NCBI GenBank assembly: GCA_964013405.1
Contig: CAXGWI010000020.1
Location: 1-38,266, forward strand
Reading direction: 5' to 3'
Origin: an uncultured Myxococcales bacterium
GTDB taxonomy: Bacteria > Myxococcota > UBA4151
Length of the DNA stretch: 38,266 nt
Within the stretch, counting starts at the first letter, position 1. Each line of letters opens with the position of its first letter. The position numbers were made by a program, and so were the translations under genes. The notes beneath the pieces were generated by a model, which made no database searches, was not told the origin of the DNA, and saw nothing but the letters and a program-made list of their open reading frames with translations. This document shows positions 9,216 to 17,713 of the stretch, piece by piece.

Positions 9216-9944
9216 TCAGAGCGCTAGACCCCAGAGCAAAAATACTCCGCCTAAAACGCTGAGCCCAAGAGATAAGCTGCGGATCCCTCGATCTTGGCCA
9301 TCAAGACCATGGAAGTCGTCATCTGCGGTGTTGCGTTGGTTCTCTGTCAGTGTTGCGTCCTCAGCCTCCGCCTTCAGACGCAACAACTCGGGTCTGTTGA
9401 CCAAGCGGCTGTAGGCAAAGGCGCCCCCTGCGACCAGCAGAGCTGCCCCACCGCTGCCGACCAGGGTCATGGGCAGTCGGGAGGTCCCCTCCGTCACCGA
9501 AGGGGCCGAGCCGGGTAGACCGATCACGAGTTCGGCTGCCGACTTGCCAGCATCACTTCTTGGAAAGAGCTCTGAAATCATCTCGTCGAGCGTGCTGGCC
9601 AAGCCCAACAAGTCGGGAGCCTGTCGCCTCACAACCGTTGGGGTGCTGCCCGGACGACTCCAGTCCTCCAGGCGGAGCTCCAACTGGAGATGGATTCCCA
9701 CCCGATCCACTTTGCCCATGAGCGCCAAATCTGGGCCCCGGCGGGCCAAAAGGTCACCTACGCTGACCTCGACGAGATCCAGGTGAGCCTTTGCTTGGAT
9801 CCGCTGACGCAACTGGGAAGCCAGGCGGCTCGCATCCTCGCTCGCAATCTCTCCGCTGCGCTGAAACGGCGGAACGGCGATCTTCACCTGAGCCGCTTGG
9901 GCCCATGAGGAGGTGAACAGACCAAACCACAATAACCAACGCAT
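9216..9944 (-). CDS. Exported/membrane hypothetical protein (TolB-N/CsgG-like N-domain, Gly-rich hydrophobic C-terminal segments)
   Basis: Signal peptide MRWLLWFGLFTSSWAQA and a KIAVPPF...LMGKVDRVG..LQLELRL pattern. GAGGAG lies 10 nt before ATG 9944, better spaced than TTG 9953. Confidence 0.7.
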   Translation of the reverse strand: MRWLLWFGLFTSSWAQAAQVKIAVPPFQRSGEIASEDASRLASQLRQRIQAKAHLDLVEVSVGDLLARRGPDLALMGKVDRVGIHLQLELRLEDWSRPGSTPTVVRRQAPDLLGLASTLDEMISELFPRSDAGKSAAELVIGLPGSAPSVTEGTSRLPMTLVGSGGAALLVAGGAFAYSRLVNRPELLRLKAEAEDATLTENQRNTADDDFHGLDGQDRGIRSLSLGLSVLGGVFLLWGLAL

Positions 9945-10076
9945 TCTGCCCAAACTCCTCTCGTTGTGGCTTGTGGCGTAAAACGAAGCGCATTTCCAGC
10001 CCGGCCATTTCTTTGACCCTTACGTATGCGCGCGGGTATCTGAGGGGAGCCTTTATATCCCTTTGCTGAGGACTGC

Positions 10077-11969
10077 TTGGAAACCATCGCTGACCGCTAT
10101 CGACTCATTCGCCGCCTGGGATCAGGTGGGATGGCCGAAGTGTGGCTAGCAGAGCAAGTCGGCCCCCGTGACTTTGTTCGACGAACGGTCCTCAAACGAA
10201 TTCACGCCCATCTTGCCGATGATGAAAAGTTCGTTCGGGCCTTTGAGGATGAGGCCCGACTCGCTGCCCGACTCCAGCACCCGAACATCGTTCGGATCGA
10301 AGATTTCGGCGAAGATGCCGGCTCCCTTTTTCTCGTCATGGAATACGTTGGCCGCTGGGATCTCCGCAGTCTGGTAAATCAAGCCCAGGGTGCCGGGATT
10401 CCCTTGCCCTTTAATCTCGTCCTTCAGTTGGGCGCCCAAATCGCCGATGCGCTCCACTACGCCCACCACTTCTGTGATGAAGAGGGGGCGCCGCTTCGCA
10501 TCGTCCATCGAGATGTCAGCCCACAAAATATTATGCTGACCGACGCAGGCCAGGCGAAACTCTTGGATTTCGGCATCGCTAAGGCTGCGAGCAATCGGGA
10601 TAAAACGCGTACGGGCATGCTCAAAGGGAAGCTCGCCTACCTCAGCCCAGAACAAGCCACCGGCGAGCCCGTCGATGGGCGAACCGACCAATATGCTCTG
10701 GGTATCGTTCTCTACGAGTTGCTTGCTCGGGTCCGGCTTTTCGCCGCCGACTCGGAGATCTCCACCTTTCGCAAAGTCAGCGCTGCGGAGGTGCCCGACC
10801 TCCACAGCCTCTGCCCCGAACTCCCAGTCTCGGTGGCGGATGCCATATCGAGAGCACTGCAACGTCAACCCGATGACCGTTACCCCGATGCCAGGGCTTT
10901 TGCCCGAGCGCTTGAAAACCTCGTCCCTGAGGTGGGCGGCTCCTTTGGGCCTGATCAGTTTGCTCAGTTCATCCGCCGACTCGAAGCCAGCGATAGTGTT
11001 CCCGATGCCCTGCCCTACCTCTCGGAAACCATGTTATCGCGGGCCCTCGAGGAGAACACGGAAGCCGACACGGACGGGGTCGCTACCTTGTTCAAAGATG
11101 TGGGGGAGTTTAGCCGGACTGAACCCGATCTAGATGCGGTATCCACCGAGCCTGCCCCAGCCAGTGACGCTCCTCGATCCCCCCGGGCCCAAACCGGTGA
11201 AAGCCGCTTTGAGACCGCCACCCTCCACACCGATGGTCTTCGCAGCCCTGGTGTGGCGGAGGTCCAAGAAACCGTCCTCATGGACCCTCGGATGTCGGTG
11301 GATGAAGCCAGCCCAAATCCCCCACCGACGAGCCCCGCACCGGCCAACGAGACGAGCCGCTGGGTCTACCCGCTTTTTTTGCTGCTGCTACTCGCGGGTA
11401 CCGCCCTACTCTTTGCCCAGAGTTCCGAGCCAAACAAGGCCGAGCCAAAGCAAGAGCCGTCGCCGCCAGAGATGAGGGCCGATCACCCCCCACAAGTGGT
11501 GGCTCCGGCGCAGCCAGAACCCGTTTTGGCACCGGCGATTGAAAGCACAGCACCGAAAGCAGAGCCGGTGAAGCCAAAAGGGGAGAAAACGCCCAAGGCC
11601 GAGGCCAAAAATCGAACTCCTGTGAAGGCATCCAGGCCAAGCCCAAGCCCGAATAAAAAAGCTATCTCTTCACCACCAGTCCGCAAGGCTGCCCGACCCA
11701 AACCAGCAAAAAGCCGAAGTCTATCGAAGGATGATCTCGACGCACCACTGTTCAAGCACTTTCAACAGATCCTAGACTGCCAGAGCCGCCATCAAGGCGT
11801 CGGTGTAAAGGTCAAAATCCGCTTAAAAATACAGTCCTCAGGGCGTCCAGGGATCCTGGGGATCAAGGGGGCAACTGGAGCCTATGCCGGCTGTCTAGAA
11901 GAGACGATTTCATCCTGGCGATGGCCCCGCTTCAGCGGCAATCCACAGCCCCATACGATCACCTTCTGA
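10077..11969 (+). CDS. Hanks-type Ser/Thr protein kinase with TM helix, Pro/Lys-rich linker and TonB-C/AgmX-PglI-like C-terminal domain
   Basis: Motifs LGSGGMAEVW, VLKRI, HRDVSPQN, DFG, YLSPEQ and DQYALG. TM segment WVYPLFLLLLLAGTALLFA and a ~80-aa C-terminal domain with two Cys. Confidence 0.93.
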   Translation: METIADRYRLIRRLGSGGMAEVWLAEQVGPRDFVRRTVLKRIHAHLADDEKFVRAFEDEARLAARLQHPNIVRIEDFGEDAGSLFLVMEYVGRWDLRSLVNQAQGAGIPLPFNLVLQLGAQIADALHYAHHFCDEEGAPLRIVHRDVSPQNIMLTDAGQAKLLDFGIAKAASNRDKTRTGMLKGKLAYLSPEQATGEPVDGRTDQYALGIVLYELLARVRLFAADSEISTFRKVSAAEVPDLHSLCPELPVSVADAISRALQRQPDDRYPDARAFARALENLVPEVGGSFGPDQFAQFIRRLEASDSVPDALPYLSETMLSRALEENTEADTDGVATLFKDVGEFSRTEPDLDAVSTEPAPASDAPRSPRAQTGESRFETATLHTDGLRSPGVAEVQETVLMDPRMSVDEASPNPPPTSPAPANETSRWVYPLFLLLLLAGTALLFAQSSEPNKAEPKQEPSPPEMRADHPPQVVAPAQPEPVLAPAIESTAPKAEPVKPKGEKTPKAEAKNRTPVKASRPSPSPNKKAISSPPVRKAARPKPAKSRSLSKDDLDAPLFKHFQQILDCQSRHQGVGVKVKIRLKIQSSGRPGILGIKGATGAYAGCLEETISSWRWPRFSGNPQPHTITF

Positions 11970-12221
11970 TCAGTGGGACTCCGTCGGATCAGGGCTGACT
12001 TTAGTCAAGGTCAGACGCCAGAGCGAAGGCTCGATCTCCTCAAGCCCATCCAAGCGCTGCCGAAAAAGAGACAGGCTACGAGGAATCTGTCGGGTGGCCG
12101 GCTCGTGGTCGAGAAGCACGCACAAGCGAGCCCCAAGGTCCGCTTCCTCAAGCCAGAGCTTGATGCGAACAAAGGTCAGCGGGCAGACCTCGCCGCGCAG
12201 ATCCATTTCGTGGTGCTCCAT
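11970..12221 (-). CDS. TusA/SirA-family sulfur carrier protein
   Basis: MDLRGEVCP (DxRGxxCP) motif, ~83 aa from ATG 12221. Its stop abuts the kinase stop tail-to-tail (TGATCA). Confidence 0.88.
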   Translation of the reverse strand: MEHHEMDLRGEVCPLTFVRIKLWLEEADLGARLCVLLDHEPATRQIPRSLSLFRQRLDGLEEIEPSLWRLTLTKVSPDPTESH

Positions 12222-12409
12222 GGCTTCGGCTTTGCCCCGATCGCAGCCTCCGATCAAGGCGGCAGACTGGCTTTCTTTCCTCATTTCTTAGCGATTGGCC
12301 GCAACCGCGCCGCCCTCTTTGCGATAAAAGCTGCGCAACAACGGTTTGCAGGTCGAGGCCATCGGTTTAGGTTCGACCCGCAGAAAACGTATGGATAAGG
12401 AAGATCATC

Positions 12410-14209
12410 ATGCCGAATAAAATTTCTAGCCTCGCAAAGAATCTGGCTGCCAACGGAAACATCGACCGGGCCGGAGCCCAAGCGCTCATCGACGCGGCCA
12501 AAGATGGTCCTGGCATCACCGAGAATGAGAAGAAAGAACTCAACAGTGTGTTGAGTCGCTACGCGGACAAGTTTGAGCCGACAGCGAAGTTTATGCTCCA
12601 AGACATCATCCTTCCCGCCCCCACGGGACCCGGTGATTTGGATAATGATGGTCTCTCGAACGCCCGGGAAGCCAAGTTGGGTACCAGTGCTCGCCTCGCA
12701 GACACCGACGGCGATGGCCTGAACGACGGCGTGGAAGTCAACAAGTACAAGTTGGATCCAAAAAGTGGACAAGAGACCATGGCGGTCCCGAAGACCTGGA
12801 CCACGACCTATTGGCCCATGGCTGGCAGCGGCAACCCAGACGGCAGCCCCCGCACCCACCTCTGGGCCACGGGTGGCGCACTGGATAAATTCGATAGCCT
12901 GATGAAGGCCCGGGGCAATGAAGACAATGCCAAAGCCCTCGAGTTTGAACGCAAGCCGGCGCTCAACTGGCTCGTTGGGGATCGGGACAAGGGTCATTAC
13001 ATCCCCAAGAGCCAGCTCAAAGAATCGGATGCGGAGAGGACCACAGGCGTCGACTTTGATGGTGATGGCAAGATCACCTCTGGCGTCAAAGTGGACTTCA
13101 TTGATGCCCGTGGTGACTTTGCGGCCGTCTCCTCCCGGGGTGCTTTCACCCCCATGCTTGGCGAAGAGAAGCTCAGCAAAAAGTTGGTGGACGCCCCCGA
13201 GGGCCAAGAAGGGAAGATCGTCGAGTACTACAAGGCCGATGGCACCAAACTCACGGAAGAGGAGCATAAAAATGTGATCCTCAAAAACCCCAATGGTGAC
13301 GGCAAAGCCGATGGCTCCATGGGTGTGGGCTGGTGGGGATCCTGCGATAAGGTGGCCCTGGCCGGCATCCTCTTTCAGGATCCGAAGCGGGACGTGACCC
13401 TCGACGGTGTCACCTTTTCGAAGCAGGACATTCGCGGCCTGCTGACCGTGATCGCTAACTCTCAGTCAAAGGGGACCGACTTTGTGGGCGCCCGCTACGA
13501 TGAGAAGCCCGATATTGTCGTCACCAAGGATGGACGTCAGGTCAACGGCACCATCACCAGCATGACCGGGGACGATTTCCGGACCAAGGATATGTGGCGC
13601 TGGAACGGGGACTTCATGGTCAAAGAGGGCAGCGACAAAGAGGTCACTTTGAAGCTCGCCGACGGCACGGAGAAAACCTACGCCGCCGACGAGATCAAGT
13701 ACCTCGCCCGGGAAGACAAGAAGGACATGAACCCAGCGGACTATCACACCACCGTGAAGAACTGGTTGGCTGACGGTCGTGGTGCGGCCTTCGATAAGGA
13801 CGCCGGGCCCCACGTCTGGAACTACAACTTCCACAAGGCTGAGTTCACCGAGAAGAACGTCGAGAACTTCAACCGGGAGGAAGCCATCGGTCACAATGGT
13901 CCTGCTGGTGACGGCGAGATCCGCCACTATAGCTCTAAAATCCACTTCGGTAACTCGCCGGACACCTTCAGCTACTGGCTGGAGTACAAGGATGGCGATA
14001 TCGTCAACGGTGGCTGGAAGGGGAAGAACCCCGACTTCATGTGGCGACCCGGCGACAACGCTGACTTCACCGGTCACAATGCTCGCAACCCCTATGTGAA
14101 GCCCGAGCTGATCAAGGAGATCTACGAAGCTTCGATTGCGGAAGAGCAGCCCGTCGGTGACTGGGGCACCCCAGTGTCCGATGAATGGCCGACCTCAGGG
14201 CCGGAGTAA
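12410..14209 (+). CDS. GP42/'transglutaminase elicitor'-like cysteine enzyme with N-terminal helical domain and DxDxDG Ca-binding repeats
   Basis: Ordered motifs W...YWP, DKFD, WWGSC, GVTF...DIRGLL, G.RY, DMNPADYH, VWNY, YWLE...G.I..G.W, PDFMW.P and NP.V match the Phytophthora GP42/bacterial TGase_elicitor layout as I recall it. Repeats DLDNDGL, DTDGDGL and DFDGDG. RBS AAGGA. Confidence 0.78.
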   Translation: MPNKISSLAKNLAANGNIDRAGAQALIDAAKDGPGITENEKKELNSVLSRYADKFEPTAKFMLQDIILPAPTGPGDLDNDGLSNAREAKLGTSARLADTDGDGLNDGVEVNKYKLDPKSGQETMAVPKTWTTTYWPMAGSGNPDGSPRTHLWATGGALDKFDSLMKARGNEDNAKALEFERKPALNWLVGDRDKGHYIPKSQLKESDAERTTGVDFDGDGKITSGVKVDFIDARGDFAAVSSRGAFTPMLGEEKLSKKLVDAPEGQEGKIVEYYKADGTKLTEEEHKNVILKNPNGDGKADGSMGVGWWGSCDKVALAGILFQDPKRDVTLDGVTFSKQDIRGLLTVIANSQSKGTDFVGARYDEKPDIVVTKDGRQVNGTITSMTGDDFRTKDMWRWNGDFMVKEGSDKEVTLKLADGTEKTYAADEIKYLAREDKKDMNPADYHTTVKNWLADGRGAAFDKDAGPHVWNYNFHKAEFTEKNVENFNREEAIGHNGPAGDGEIRHYSSKIHFGNSPDTFSYWLEYKDGDIVNGGWKGKNPDFMWRPGDNADFTGHNARNPYVKPELIKEIYEASIAEEQPVGDWGTPVSDEWPTSGPE

Positions 14210-14282
14210 GCGGCGTCTGGCCGAGAACGGATCGGCTTCGCTCCTCCTGCAATCTGCACAGCAAAAAGCAGGGTTATTCCAT

Positions 14283-14316
14283 AGGAACGACGCCAAAGGG
14301 CGTCGTTCCTCTTTTT
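14283..14316 (+). terminator. Rho-independent terminator after the TGase-like gene
   Basis: Perfect 12-bp stem AGGAACGACGCC-AAAG-GGCGTCGTTCCT followed by CTTTTT. Confidence 0.9.
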
Positions 14317-14342
14317 CAAGAATTGCCGCATAAGCGAACGCC

Positions 14343-16103
14343 ATGATTCTCCACTGTCTCCTTCTTCTTGCCACACCTGCGTCAGCCGAAGAGCAGGCCC
14401 CGCCCACTCCGGACGCACCGGCTGTAAATGAAGCAAGTACAGTTGCGGAGGAAAGCGCCGACTTCGATAGCGATATCCCGGAAGAAGACAGCGGTGACGA
14501 CGACGAGATCAGCTTCGATGATGAAGGAGGCGACGACTTTGGTTCAGAGGTGGCAAGCACGCCGGTTTCAGCCACCATCAGCCCCACCCAGGTCAAGATC
14601 TCGGCGAGCACCCTGTTGAGTCTAGATCTCGCCCATGAGCCCCCCACCCTGGGACCCGCTGAGCAGTATGGCGAGTTGTACAGCATCCTGCGTCTGGAGA
14701 TCATCCACAAGCTCAACGCCCGCCAGACCTATCGGGTGAAAGTTAAAAACCGCGTCCTCCTCTCACGGGAGCATCCCAGCATCGAAGGCGCCGAACTTCA
14801 TGGCAAGATTCTCCCAGAGTTGGATCAGTTGCGACTGGATGCAGCGCTTCACCCCAACCTCACCGCCCTGGTGGGCCTACAGCGGGTGAATTGGGGCTTT
14901 GTAGATGCCCAGAGTCCAGCCAATATCTTTGGGCCCCCGGATCTTCGCTTCGGCTTCGGCGGTGAAGCTGAGGACAGCAGCTTGCCGGTGAGCGGCGTGG
15001 TCCTGCGCTTTCAGCCCGAGGGCTGGCGCCAAAAACTCGAACTCGCCTGGAATCCCCTCTTTCGTCCGCCGGAGTTGATGATCTTTGGTAGTGACTGGGC
15101 CATGCAGGCTCCCAATCGCCCGCCCGGTGGCCCCTTGGGTGATTTAAGTTGGGCTGTGGATCCCAGCGTTGCCCCCCGTTGGCAAACCAATCTGACCTAC
15201 TTTCAGTTGCCCGAGTTGAAAGTGCGGGACCACAGCCTCGCTCTGCGTGCGAGCGGTCGCCACAAAGGCTTGGAATGGGGCTTTTTCGGCTTCTATGGCT
15301 TCGATCTCTTTCCCGTCCTTGAGCTGGACGAAGATCTGGCCTGGCTCCTCGAAAACATGAGCCTCTTTGGCAGTGCCCCCATGGGCCGCCTCCTGGCCCA
15401 GAACCCCGAACTTATCCCCCGAATGGAAGCGATCACCGCGAAGATCAGTGATGCTCAAAGCCAAGGAAGCCTAGGCGATCTCATCAAGGCCACGCCACAC
15501 CGACTCTTTCAGCTCGGGGGGCAACTAAGAGAAGTCTACGGTCCCTTTGTCATTGCGCTCGAGAGCACTTGGACTCCCGGGTTCAACCCCTGCCGAGCGG
15601 AGACGGTATCCGACTGCCGAGATCATTTTGGCGGGGGGCGCTCCCTCTTCGATCTGCAAATGGCCCCGGTGCGACGTCCCACCCTCTATTCGGCGCTCCA
15701 GTTAGAGTGGCAGCGCAGTGAGGCGAATCAAATCATCCTGGTGATAACGGACTTCATGGTGGCCGATGTGCCCAATACCCCCCTCGCCTTCCTGGACAGC
15801 ACCTTCATCGATGCATCGGAGCAACTGAGCCGCCCCTTTGATGTCAACAACGCCCATCTCATCACAGTGACCGGCGCCTGGCGTAGTCGGCATCTAGACG
15901 ACCGCCTCGAAGTCCTGGCCAGCGTGGTCTCCCACCCCGTCCAAGGGGACTATCTAGCCTTTGCAAAGGCGATTTGGCGCATCAATGACGGCCAACTACA
16001 ACTCAGCCTCGGGGGCGATGTCTTTGGCGGCGATGCCGGCTCCATGTTCGGTCAGTTTAACCATAACGACCGCATCAGCTTCGGCATCAAGGCGCTGCAA
16101 TAA
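14343..16103 (+). CDS. Outer-membrane beta-barrel protein, DUF1302-like
   Basis: Signal peptide, acidic N-terminal linker, VGLQRVNWG..D..SP....P.DLR motif, alternating beta-strands and C-terminal FGQF.HND. Confidence 0.72.
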   Translation: MILHCLLLLATPASAEEQAPPTPDAPAVNEASTVAEESADFDSDIPEEDSGDDDEISFDDEGGDDFGSEVASTPVSATISPTQVKISASTLLSLDLAHEPPTLGPAEQYGELYSILRLEIIHKLNARQTYRVKVKNRVLLSREHPSIEGAELHGKILPELDQLRLDAALHPNLTALVGLQRVNWGFVDAQSPANIFGPPDLRFGFGGEAEDSSLPVSGVVLRFQPEGWRQKLELAWNPLFRPPELMIFGSDWAMQAPNRPPGGPLGDLSWAVDPSVAPRWQTNLTYFQLPELKVRDHSLALRASGRHKGLEWGFFGFYGFDLFPVLELDEDLAWLLENMSLFGSAPMGRLLAQNPELIPRMEAITAKISDAQSQGSLGDLIKATPHRLFQLGGQLREVYGPFVIALESTWTPGFNPCRAETVSDCRDHFGGGRSLFDLQMAPVRRPTLYSALQLEWQRSEANQIILVITDFMVADVPNTPLAFLDSTFIDASEQLSRPFDVNNAHLITVTGAWRSRHLDDRLEVLASVVSHPVQGDYLAFAKAIWRINDGQLQLSLGGDVFGGDAGSMFGQFNHNDRISFGIKALQ

Positions 16104-17020
16104 TGATTCAGTATCGCCGTCTCCCGGTGCCCATGGGCAGCGGGGGGACGGTCTATCCGACCTTGGTGAAATCGGCGGACCACGCGGTCCTCATCGATAC
16201 CGGTACGCGCGGAGGTTTTGAGAACCTTTGGCAACAACTCGAAGAACATCTCTTTCTGGAAGCGCGCCCCCTCGACGCAATCCTCATGACACACGCCCAT
16301 CAGGATCACTATGGTGGGCTTCAGCAGTTGCTGGAGCGAATGACGGTACCGGTGATCTGCTGGCAGGGGGCGGTGGAGTATTACAGCGCCTATCCCGATG
16401 CCCTGCTACGGCGGGCCGCGAACGTGGAGGAACTCGCCAGCCGACTCGGACTCAGTGGGCCCATCTATGATCAGGTCATCAGTGGCTATGACCGTCTTGC
16501 AGCCCAGCACGGACCCGTCCCGATCCAGTCAACGCTCGAAGACGGTGATGTTTTCCAGCTGGGCGACATACAATTGAGCGTCCACCATCATCCCGGCCAT
16601 CACCCCCATGCCCTCATCTTTGTCGATGTGGCCCAATCGTTGGCCGTGACCGGGGACAATATCTTCTTAAAATTTCGCTCCCCACCCGGGGTGGAGTTTG
16701 ATGGGTCGGGTCGTCGTGTTCCCTGCTTGCCGGCGCTCTCAGAGAATTTAATGCGCCTGGCCCAATTGAACCTAGATCGGGCCCTGCCCTCCCATGGCCC
16801 AGAGATTGAAGACGTCGCCCAGGTCGCTGAGGGCAGTCGGAATGCCTATCTTCGCGGTGCCGAAAGACTTCGTCCTTTGATCGAGCATGGTCAACGCCCC
16901 CCGATTCCCGAGTTGATGAGAGCGGCCTTCGGTGAGGTCCCCTTGCCCTATTGGGGGCTCCGACTTGGTTTTTTGTTGGGCTATCTGGACCTCCTCGGGG
17001 CAGGAGAAGCCTACCGCTAG
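16103..17020 (+). CDS. Metallo-beta-lactamase-fold hydrolase
   Basis: Motifs LIDTG, THAHQDHYGG (HxHxDH), HPGH, TGD and PSHG. TAATG overlap with the upstream gene. Confidence 0.9.
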   Translation: MIQYRRLPVPMGSGGTVYPTLVKSADHAVLIDTGTRGGFENLWQQLEEHLFLEARPLDAILMTHAHQDHYGGLQQLLERMTVPVICWQGAVEYYSAYPDALLRRAANVEELASRLGLSGPIYDQVISGYDRLAAQHGPVPIQSTLEDGDVFQLGDIQLSVHHHPGHHPHALIFVDVAQSLAVTGDNIFLKFRSPPGVEFDGSGRRVPCLPALSENLMRLAQLNLDRALPSHGPEIEDVAQVAEGSRNAYLRGAERLRPLIEHGQRPPIPELMRAAFGEVPLPYWGLRLGFLLGYLDLLGAGEAYR

Positions 17021-17029
17021 GAGCACTTT

Positions 17030-17713
17030 GTGGATCTCATCCTCGCCCTCGACGTCGATAATCGAGCCGATGCACAGCGCCTGGCAGCGCAAACGGCCGA
17101 TTCCGTCGATCTCGTTAAAGTCGGCCTCGAACTCTTTACCCGAGAAGGCCCTCAACTCGTCCGGGCCCTTCGCCAGGATGGGCATCGGATCATGCTCGAT
17201 CTCAAACTCCACGATATCCCCAACACCGTCGCCCAGGCCGTTCGAAGTTGCTGTGGCTTAGGCGTGGAATTACTGACTCTGCACGCGGGCGGGGGGCCGG
17301 CTATGATCGAGGCAGCGGTGCGGGCAGAAGAAGCCGAAGGAAACGGCGTAAAACTCCTTCCCGTCACGGTTTTGACCAGTATGAATGCGGAACAACTCCA
17401 GGCCATTGGGGTGGCGAGAAGTCCGGAATCACAGGTTCAGTTACTGGCAAGAATGGCGCTGCAAGCCGGCGCACCTGGCCTCGTTTGCTCACCGATGGAG
17501 GTGGAAACCTTGCGCCAACAACATGGAACGCAGCCACACCTGGTGACCCCCGGCGTCCGGCCCGCCGGGAGTGCGACCGATGACCAACAGCGTATCGCCA
17601 CCCCCGCAGCCGCCAAAATCTGGGGCGCCAGCGCCATCGTCGTCGGTCGTCCTATTCGCATGGCAGAGGACCCGGCAGCGGCAGCACGAAACATCAAGGA
17701 TGCTTGTCGGTGA
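17030..17713 (+). CDS. pyrF: Orotidine-5'-phosphate decarboxylase
   Basis: Motifs LILALD, KVGLEL, DLKLHDIPNT, VTVLTS, VTPGVRP, DDQQR and VVGRPI. GTG start after AGGAG. Confidence 0.97.
   Translation: MDLILALDVDNRADAQRLAAQTADSVDLVKVGLELFTREGPQLVRALRQDGHRIMLDLKLHDIPNTVAQAVRSCCGLGVELLTLHAGGGPAMIEAAVRAEEAEGNGVKLLPVTVLTSMNAEQLQAIGVARSPESQVQLLARMALQAGAPGLVCSPMEVETLRQQHGTQPHLVTPGVRPAGSATDDQQRIATPAAAKIWGASAIVVGRPIRMAEDPAAAARNIKDACR

Noticed and set aside
12301..12350. Sigma-28 (TGCGATAA) or sigma-54 (TTGCA) promoter for the TGase-like gene
   Set aside because: The -35 match is poor (GCAA) and there is no GG at the -24 position, so support is too weak.
12369..12380. AGGTTCGACCC as a tRNA T-arm
   Set aside because: No cloverleaf, acceptor stem or CCA. 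It is part of a simple hairpin.
12281..14077. Long antisense ORFs (328 aa at 12281-13267, 203 aa at 13466-14077)
   Set aside because: These are shadows of the strongly codon-biased TGase-like gene with no motifs. The same applies to the other nested and antisense ORFs in the track.
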